Assembly (NCBI GenBank): GCA_031409335.1
Contig: JANNWY010000278.1
Coordinates: 1-64,000 of the forward strand
Source: Chthoniobacteraceae bacterium
GTDB lineage: Bacteria; Verrucomicrobiota; Verrucomicrobiia; Chthoniobacterales; Chthoniobacteraceae
Direction: 5' to 3'
DNA length: 64,000 nt
The translations under genes were made by a program, and so were the position numbers. Below are positions 57,755-64,000 of the stretch, in pieces; the stretch's first letter is position 1, and each line of letters opens with the position of its first letter. The notes under the pieces were generated by a model. It saw only the letters and a list, made by a program, of their open reading frames with translations, made no database searches and had not been told where the DNA came from.

Positions 57755-58309
57755 ATGAGTCGAATCACCGCCCTTGTCGTTGGCGCCCTACTTTTTTCAC
57801 CCCTCACATCGTTTGCGGACGAAGCGCAGACTTTGCTGGAAATCCGCGAACTCAAGCAGCTCATGGAGCAGCAGATGAAGCGGATCGACGAGCTGACGGT
57901 GGAAGTCGGGCGGCTGCATCAGGCAGTGGAGGCGCACAAGGCAGCGATCGCGCCGGGGCCAGCGCCAAAGCGCGAGGTGGGTGCGTATCCGCCTTTCTCC
58001 GGACTTACCGACACGCTGAAGCCCGCACCTTCAAAGGTGGAGGCGCTGCGGGCGGAGCGGGCAGTGAGACCGGAGCCGGCGGCACCGGCAGCGGAAGCGA
58101 AAATCGAGGTATCCAGCGGCGTCAAACATCTCGTTGAGAAAGGTGAGACGTTGACCGGAATCGCGAAGCGATACAACGTGGTGCTGTCGGATCTGCTGAA
58201 GGCGAACAAGACCGTGAACGATCGCAAATTGCAGATTGGACAAACGCTCACCATTCCCACAACGAATCCTCCCGAAACCCCAGCCTCCGAAAAAAAGGAG
58301 AACCCATAA
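57755..58309 (+). CDS. Exported coiled-coil/LysM domain protein
   Basis: Signal peptide; HLVEKGETLTGIAKRYNV...L..AN...LQIGQTLTIP. Confidence 0.88.
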   Translation: MSRITALVVGALLFSPLTSFADEAQTLLEIRELKQLMEQQMKRIDELTVEVGRLHQAVEAHKAAIAPGPAPKREVGAYPPFSGLTDTLKPAPSKVEALRAERAVRPEPAAPAAEAKIEVSSGVKHLVEKGETLTGIAKRYNVVLSDLLKANKTVNDRKLQIGQTLTIPTTNPPETPASEKKENP

Positions 58310-58836
58310 TGGAAAACACCCAGTCTTGGTATTTGCAGAAATTTAACGACGAAACCCTCTTTGGGCCGATCCCATTCGACCAACTCAAACAGTGGGCGTT
58401 TGACGCTCAGATTTCACCGCTCGACAAAGTCTCCCATGATGGGACGACGTGGGTGAAGGCGCCGATGGTTCCCGATCTGGAGATGGATTACCTCGTCGAG
58501 GTGAGCCCGGATCAATACTACGGGCCGACGACGTTTGGGGCGATCCGCGAGTTCCTGCAAATGGGGGAAATTCACGCTGATACGGAGGTGACCAACTGCC
58601 GCGACGGCACGAAGGCGGCGCTGAAGGAAATCCCGGAATTGCAGCCCTCGCGTGATGACGATGAGACGATCCTCTCGGTCCCATTGCGGACGAGCATTCG
58701 CGTGAATTTGCAGCAGCGTATCCGCGAGCTGGAAGAGGCGCTGATGGAAGAACGCCGGGCGCGCGAGACTGCGGAGATCATGATCGACCGGCTCGAAGCG
58801 AAGCTGGCGGACATCACCCGCGCCGCCTCGCGATAA
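58309..58836 (+). CDS. Hypothetical protein with two GYF-like repeats and a C-terminal coiled coil
   Basis: WYL...FGPI...L..W and YL....YGP.....I.EF repeats. Confidence 0.7.
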   Translation: MENTQSWYLQKFNDETLFGPIPFDQLKQWAFDAQISPLDKVSHDGTTWVKAPMVPDLEMDYLVEVSPDQYYGPTTFGAIREFLQMGEIHADTEVTNCRDGTKAALKEIPELQPSRDDDETILSVPLRTSIRVNLQQRIRELEEALMEERRARETAEIMIDRLEAKLADITRAASR

Positions 58837-58936
58837 AGTAGGCGCGGTTTGCAACCGCGCACCGCGCGCGGCCTTGCGCGCCGAGCTGTCGGTTGGGAAT
58901 GGCGCTCTGAGCGAGGTTGCAAACCTCGCTTACTTT

Positions 58937-60322
58937 TTACTCCGCGATGAGGCGCTCCACTTCCTCGCAGTAGGTGTGGAACGGATTCGGCATCGCGAGC
59001 ATTTCCGAGTTTTCGACCGAGATGGAATCCCAGTTGATGATGTAGGGAAGCTCTCGCGTTTGCAGCAGCTCGACAGCGCGACCCCGCCCGCGCGCGCGGG
59101 TAGTTTGCGGGGGAATTTTCACCGCTTCCGGGAAGCGGACGAGGGCGTTCCATTCGCTGATTCTTTTGGCGGGCGTGAGGGCGTGGAAGAGTCCCCTGGC
59201 CGGGTCGATGTTGTGATATTCGAGGTCGAGGCTTTGCAGCCAGGGATCATCCCATTCGAGGCATTCCGCTTCGCGAAATGTTTCGAGCAGAAATTTTTTC
59301 GAGATCCAATCGACCCCGCCGATCAGCACCTCCGGGTTGGTGCGCAGCGCTTCGAGCGTGAATCGCCAGCTTTCCAAAATCCAATCCGTCTCCTCGTCGC
59401 GTCCAGACAGATGAAGCGTGGCGTGGGCGAGGAATTCATCCTGAATGTCGAGCGCATCGCGGGTGCGGCCATTTTCCAGCGAAACGGCGCAAGACGCGGC
59501 ACCGCCATGCGAAATCTGCCGCGTGGCGACGACGGCGTCTTCGAGGATGACATTCCCCGGCAGGCGGCCCTCTTCCAGTAAAGTGAGGACGCACGCGGTG
59601 GTGCCGACCTTCAGCGCGGTGGCAAACGGGCTGATGTTCGAGTCGCCGATGAGCAGATGCAGCCGCCGGTATTTGCGATGATCCGCGAGCGGTTCGTCAC
59701 GCGCGTTGATGATCGCGCGGTTGAACTGCACCCATTGGTAGATGTCGTTCACGATGTAATCCGCGCGCTGGCTGATCTGGAAGGGAACGGGCGACCACGC
59801 CTCCGTTTCATCCAGCCCGAACGCCACCGAGTTTGCCTGGCCGACGCGGCCCGCTCCGGTGAAAATCTGCCGCGTCGCGAGAAAGGAAAGCAGCGTGCCG
59901 ACGACCGGCGGGTTGAACTGCATGTCGCGAGTCATCAGGTAATTTTCATGGCACCCGAATGTCGCGCCGGTGTGATGATCAATGTTGTTTTTTACAAATG
60001 CGACCTGCTCGCCGATCCCCATTTGCTCGACCGACTGCTGGACGAGGAGGTCGCCCGCGAGGTCATACGCGACGATGTCCCTGAGCGTGCGGCATTCCGG
60101 CGACGAGTATTCGAGATGTCCCATGTCGAGGTAAAGCCGTCCGCCATTCAGCAAAAAACCGCCATTGCCCGGCGGTTCCTCGTAGTCGCGATAGTGCAGG
60201 TCGAAAGCGCCCGCGCGCGCTTTCTTGAACGCGTGGTTTTTCACCCGCGCCGGCCACGCATCGGACGGCTCGCCCGAGACCAGGCAGCCGTATTCCGTTT
60301 CGATGCCGACGACGCGGTTCAC
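58937..60322 (-). CDS. pafA: PafA/Dop family protein (more ligase-like)
   Basis: GIETEYG, NGGRLYLD, GCHENYL, SQRAD, IINARDEP, YRRLHLLIGDSN, DLEYH. Confidence 0.85.
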   Translation of the reverse strand: MNRVVGIETEYGCLVSGEPSDAWPARVKNHAFKKARAGAFDLHYRDYEEPPGNGGFLLNGGRLYLDMGHLEYSSPECRTLRDIVAYDLAGDLLVQQSVEQMGIGEQVAFVKNNIDHHTGATFGCHENYLMTRDMQFNPPVVGTLLSFLATRQIFTGAGRVGQANSVAFGLDETEAWSPVPFQISQRADYIVNDIYQWVQFNRAIINARDEPLADHRKYRRLHLLIGDSNISPFATALKVGTTACVLTLLEEGRLPGNVILEDAVVATRQISHGGAASCAVSLENGRTRDALDIQDEFLAHATLHLSGRDEETDWILESWRFTLEALRTNPEVLIGGVDWISKKFLLETFREAECLEWDDPWLQSLDLEYHNIDPARGLFHALTPAKRISEWNALVRFPEAVKIPPQTTRARGRGRAVELLQTRELPYIINWDSISVENSEMLAMPNPFHTYCEEVERLIAE

Positions 60323-60431
60323 GGAAAGTTGAGACTTGCGGGTTGAGTGTGGAGTGGCGTTTTCACGGACCTTTGAAGTCGGCGCGGAAATCGGTGGCAA
60401 GGCTGCGCGACTGACGCGCGCCACTCAACAC

Positions 60432-61139
60432 TCAACCTTCCGAAAAATACAGAATGCGCCCGCACTGCTCGCAATGGACGACTTCGCGCCGCCCTTTCAC
60501 GCGCACGGCGGTTTGCGTGGTCAGCTTCATGTGGCAGCCCATGCAGACTTCGTGTTCGAGCGCGACCACGGCGTTGTCGCCTTTGCTGGCAAAAAGGTGG
60601 TCGTAAGTATCGAGCAAATCTTCATCGATGCCGGTCGCCAGCTTGGTGCGATCCGTCTCGATCTGCGCGAGCTGCGTCTCGATCGTGGCGGTCTTTGCGT
60701 CGAGATTTGCGAGCTGCTGCTGCACCTGCGCCTTCACCGTCGTGTTCTCTTTTTCCGCATCGGCGATCGTCGCCTTCATCTTCTCCGCGCTGTCCATCAG
60801 ATCGAGTTCGCGATCTTCGACCAGCCGGATCTCGTCCTCGAATCGTTTGATCTCGTTCGACAGCGCCTGAAATTCCTCGTTCTTCCGTGTCTGAAATTTC
60901 TGCGCATTATACTTCGCGATCTGGTCGCGCTTTGACTGCGCCTCATTCTCCAGCTTCTTGCGCTCCACTTCGATTTCCCTGCCTTTGAGCTTCACCGTGT
61001 CGAGCTGCTGCTGCGCGGCGGCCAGCCGGGCATCGAGATCTTTGCGCTGCGTCGGAGCGAGTTTTATTTCGTGCTTCAAGGCCCGGATTTTTCGGTCCCG
61101 GTCTTGAAGTGTGAGCAACTGTTCGATCTCCTGAAGCAT
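60432..61139 (-). CDS. Coiled-coil protein with a C4-type zinc ribbon
   Basis: MLQEIEQLLTLQ..D, long coiled coil, CMGC...CEQCGRILY. Confidence 0.9.
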   Translation of the reverse strand: MLQEIEQLLTLQDRDRKIRALKHEIKLAPTQRKDLDARLAAAQQQLDTVKLKGREIEVERKKLENEAQSKRDQIAKYNAQKFQTRKNEEFQALSNEIKRFEDEIRLVEDRELDLMDSAEKMKATIADAEKENTTVKAQVQQQLANLDAKTATIETQLAQIETDRTKLATGIDEDLLDTYDHLFASKGDNAVVALEHEVCMGCHMKLTTQTAVRVKGRREVVHCEQCGRILYFSEG

Positions 61140-61217
61140 GTCGCGCAGATTGCGCGAAGCACCGCGAGCCGTCAACCGGCGTTGCGCGCGCCGATTCACC
61201 TCCCTACCAACCCAGCC

Positions 61218-62153
61218 ATGAAACTCGGTTTCGTCTCCGCAATTCTCGCCGAATTTTCCCTCGCCGAAGTGCTCGCATTCGCTGCGGCGGAGCGATTCGC
61301 GACGGTCGAGCTGATGGCCTGGCCGGTGGGAAAAGTGGAGCGCAAATTCGCGGGCGTCACGCATGTGGACGCGACGGATTTCACGCAGGCAACCGCGGAT
61401 GCTGTGCTGGCCGCAATTCGCCAGCATGGCGTGAGCGTCAGCGCCCTCGGCTACTATCCAAACGTGCTCGATCCCGACCCATCCACCTCGGCGCACTGCA
61501 TCGCGCATTTGAAAAAGGTGATCGCCGCCGCGCCAATGCTGGGCCTCGCGAATGTGAACACGTTCGTCGGACGGGACTGGACGAAAAGCGTGGACGAAAA
61601 CTGGCCGCGCTTTTTGGAAATCTGGAAGCCGCTGATCGCCTTCGCGGAAGATCACGGCGTGCGCGTCGGAATCGAAAACTGTCCGATGTTTTTCACCGGC
61701 GACGAATGGCCGGGCGGTAAAAACCTCGCGACCTCGCCGGCGATCTGGCGGCGCATGTTCGAAGATATTCCGTCCGCAAATTTTGGCCTGAATTACGATC
61801 CGTCGCATTTCGCGTTGCTGTTCATGGACCCCGTCTCGCCGCTGCGCGAGTTTGCCGGAAAGATTTTTCACCTTCACGCGAAGGACGTGAAGATTCAGCG
61901 CGATCGCCTGAATGATGTCGGCGCATTCGCGGAGCCGCTGAAGTGGCATCAGCCGCGCATCCCCGGCTTCGGCGAAATCGACTGGCCGCGCTTCATGGCG
62001 GCGCTGATGGAGACCGGCTACGACGGCCCCGTGTGCATCGAAGTCGAGGATGACACGTTCGGCAAAACCCTCGAAGGCCGGCAGCGTGCGCTGAAAGTCG
62101 CCCGCAACATTCTCAGCCCATTTTTTGAAAGCCACCATCCGCACCACCCATGA
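61218..62153 (+). CDS. Sugar phosphate isomerase/epimerase (TIM barrel)
   Basis: IENCPM, LNYDPSH, HLHAKD, PGFGEIDW, CIEVED. Confidence 0.9.
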   Translation: MKLGFVSAILAEFSLAEVLAFAAAERFATVELMAWPVGKVERKFAGVTHVDATDFTQATADAVLAAIRQHGVSVSALGYYPNVLDPDPSTSAHCIAHLKKVIAAAPMLGLANVNTFVGRDWTKSVDENWPRFLEIWKPLIAFAEDHGVRVGIENCPMFFTGDEWPGGKNLATSPAIWRRMFEDIPSANFGLNYDPSHFALLFMDPVSPLREFAGKIFHLHAKDVKIQRDRLNDVGAFAEPLKWHQPRIPGFGEIDWPRFMAALMETGYDGPVCIEVEDDTFGKTLEGRQRALKVARNILSPFFESHHPHHP

Positions 62154-62932
62154 AATACCGCTACGAAGAACTCGCCAAAATGATCGACCACTCGCTCCTG
62201 CATCCGACGATGACGGATCGCGACCTCGAGGAGGGCTGCCGCCTGGCCGCAAAATATGAAGTGGCTTCGGTCTGCATCAAACCTTACGCGGTGAAACGCG
62301 CCGCCGAACTGCTCGCGGGCAGCGGCGTGTTTGTCGGCGCGGTCATCGGATTTCCGCACGGAAATTCCTGCACCGAATCGAAGCGCTACGAAACGGAACT
62401 CGCCTGCCGCGACGGCGCTGTGGAGATCGACATGGTCATCAATCACGGCAAGGCGCTGGGTGGCGATTGGGAATACGTGGAGCGCGACGTGCAGGCCGTG
62501 TGCGACGAAGCGCACGCGCGCGGCGCGAAGGTGAAAGTGATTTTTGAAAACGACTATCTCAAAGCGGGCGGCGCGGGTTTGAGCAGCGACGATTTTAAGA
62601 AAAGACTCTGCGAAATCTCCGAGCGGGCCGGAGCCGACTGGGTGAAAACCTCGAGCGGCTACGGCTTCGTGAAACAGCCCGACGGCAGCTACAACTACAA
62701 AGGCGCGACCGAGCACGACCTCGCGCTGATGCGCGCCAGCGTCTCCGCGAAAGTGCAGGTGAAAGCGGCCGGCGGCGTGCGCGACCTCAATGGCCTCATC
62801 AAAGTCCGCGACCTCGGCGCGACTCGCTGCGGAGCCACGGCGACCGCCGCGATGATGGATGAATATCGGCGGCGTGAAGCTGCCGCGGAAAATATCGGGA
62901 ACGCCGGAACGCTCGGCGCGGGCGGATACTGA
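62150..62932 (+). CDS. deoC: Deoxyribose-phosphate aldolase (second paralog)
   Basis: IDHSLLHP, IGFPHG, EIDMV, KVIFE, VKTSSGY, VKAAGGVR. Confidence 0.9.
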   Translation: MKYRYEELAKMIDHSLLHPTMTDRDLEEGCRLAAKYEVASVCIKPYAVKRAAELLAGSGVFVGAVIGFPHGNSCTESKRYETELACRDGAVEIDMVINHGKALGGDWEYVERDVQAVCDEAHARGAKVKVIFENDYLKAGGAGLSSDDFKKRLCEISERAGADWVKTSSGYGFVKQPDGSYNYKGATEHDLALMRASVSAKVQVKAAGGVRDLNGLIKVRDLGATRCGATATAAMMDEYRRREAAAENIGNAGTLGAGGY

Positions 62933-62938
62933 CGCCGC

Positions 62939-63796
62939 TCAGTAAAGCATCGTCTCTTCCGGCGGGCCGGACTTCTCGATCTTCGTTGCCTTGAGTACGG
63001 CGGTGCGGCGTCCGTTTTCCGTGGGGAAAGTCGCGGTGCCGGTGATTTTAATCCACGTCATTTCCGGAAAGTCTGGCAGCGTTTCCACCTCCACCAAGGT
63101 CGCCACCGGGCGCGCATCCGCAGCGCAGCAAGTCATGAACATGCGCACGGCCTTGAAGCGTTTGCCGCCGGCATCGGTCGTCTTGTCGGGCATGAGTTGG
63201 CCGACGAGTTCGACCGTCTTTCCCTCGAAATCTCCGCGCAGCGTGGTGTCCTGCGCGGCGTAAAGCAGATCGAGCACTTCGGCCAGGATGTGGCCCTCGG
63301 GCGTGCGCTGGAGGTAATCGCCGGGTGACGGCTCGGGCTTGGCATCGGCCGCGGGCGGAGTCGATTCGGCATTGGAAGGAAGCGGGCTCTCGACCGGCTT
63401 GCTGACCATCTCCCGCGTTGGCGCGAGACCGAGCGCGCTCGCATCAGTGATGATCCCGCGGTTCTCGATCGCGGCCTTTCCAAAACCATCCGGCGAGAAA
63501 TACGCGGACACGGTAATCGGCAGCAGCAGGATGAGGAACGTGAGGATTTTCCCCGCGGCCATGCGCGAGAGCGGATGGCCGCACTCGGCGTCCTTGCAGC
63601 ATTCCGCGTCGGCGGATTGGAAAAGAAACAGCGCCGCCATCGCGCCGAGCACCACGCCGGCGATGACCACGTACGGGCGAAACATCGGGATCAGAAACGA
63701 GGAGATGCGCCCGCTGAAGTAGAAATACAGCAGCACGGAACTCCACGCTGCAAGCGTGGCGCACGGAAGCCAGCGGGAGAAAAGTTTGGTCGTCAT
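62939..63796 (-). CDS. DUF1980/TIGR03943-like membrane protein
   Basis: N-terminal TM segments; RMFMTCCAADARP; W..I.G. Confidence 0.8.
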   Translation of the reverse strand: MTTKLFSRWLPCATLAAWSSVLLYFYFSGRISSFLIPMFRPYVVIAGVVLGAMAALFLFQSADAECCKDAECGHPLSRMAAGKILTFLILLLPITVSAYFSPDGFGKAAIENRGIITDASALGLAPTREMVSKPVESPLPSNAESTPPAADAKPEPSPGDYLQRTPEGHILAEVLDLLYAAQDTTLRGDFEGKTVELVGQLMPDKTTDAGGKRFKAVRMFMTCCAADARPVATLVEVETLPDFPEMTWIKITGTATFPTENGRRTAVLKATKIEKSGPPEETMLY

Positions 63797-63895
63797 GGCG
63801 AGCGCAGGGTAAGCGCCGGAGTGCGCGTGGACAATTGGAACATTCGGATTTTGAAACCACGAAGGACACGAAGACCGGACGATTTGTTTCGTGAC

Positions 63896-63977
63896 GCCGC
63901 AGGCTCTGGGACTGCTGTGATTCCTTCACAGCTTTCGAGAGCTGCGGAGGAACCGCAGCAGTCCCAGAGCCTTCGGC
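63896..63977. repeat. REP/MITE-like palindromic element, copy 2
   Basis: GCCGCAGGCTCTGGGACTGCTGTGATTCCTTC...GGAGGAACCGCAGCAGTCCCAGAGCCTTCGGC. Confidence 0.85.
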
Positions 63978-64000
63978 GGCGCGGGGCGGGTGGTTTATCC

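Noticed and set aside
61140..62252. Long N-terminal extensions of ORFs 60432..62252, 23771..26047, 26229..28088 and 51972..53120
   Set aside because: The extensions overlap other real genes; internal starts give normal proteins, mostly with stop/start coupling
1..64000. CRISPR array, rRNA, intact IS or prophage
   Set aside because: No repeat-spacer periodicity, rRNA-like sequence, transposase, integrase or phage structural genes recognised

Overview
GC-rich bacterial chromosome segment; the gene content (DUF1501 protein, ECF sigma/Ser-Thr kinase pair, UBact-type tag, C-terminal motif lipoprotein) suggests Verrucomicrobia (inference). Most of it is housekeeping: pilC-like gene plus pseudopilin, ATP-dependent ligase plus MBL exonuclease, tyrA-aroA-cmk-plsC, purM, a glycosylation cluster, tRNA-His, rnc, mnmG, cdd, pdhAB, two deoC, glgE and prmA. 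Highlights: (1) a ~3 kb island bounded by a diverged 300-bp duplication of the glgE 3' end, carrying a protein with a GrpE-like C-terminus and an actin/Hsp70-fold ATPase with a DnaJ-like Cys tail, interrupted by one in-frame TGA; (2) a UBact-proteasome locus whose 59-aa tag gene is missing from the ORF track; (3) a tandem thymidylate-kinase-like pair resembling heteromeric family-3 polyphosphate kinase; (4) parS sites in and next to mnmG plus a DnaA-box-like cluster, suggesting proximity to the origin; (5) REP-like palindromes and patchy local strand skew. All calls come from reading motifs by eye; no searches were run.
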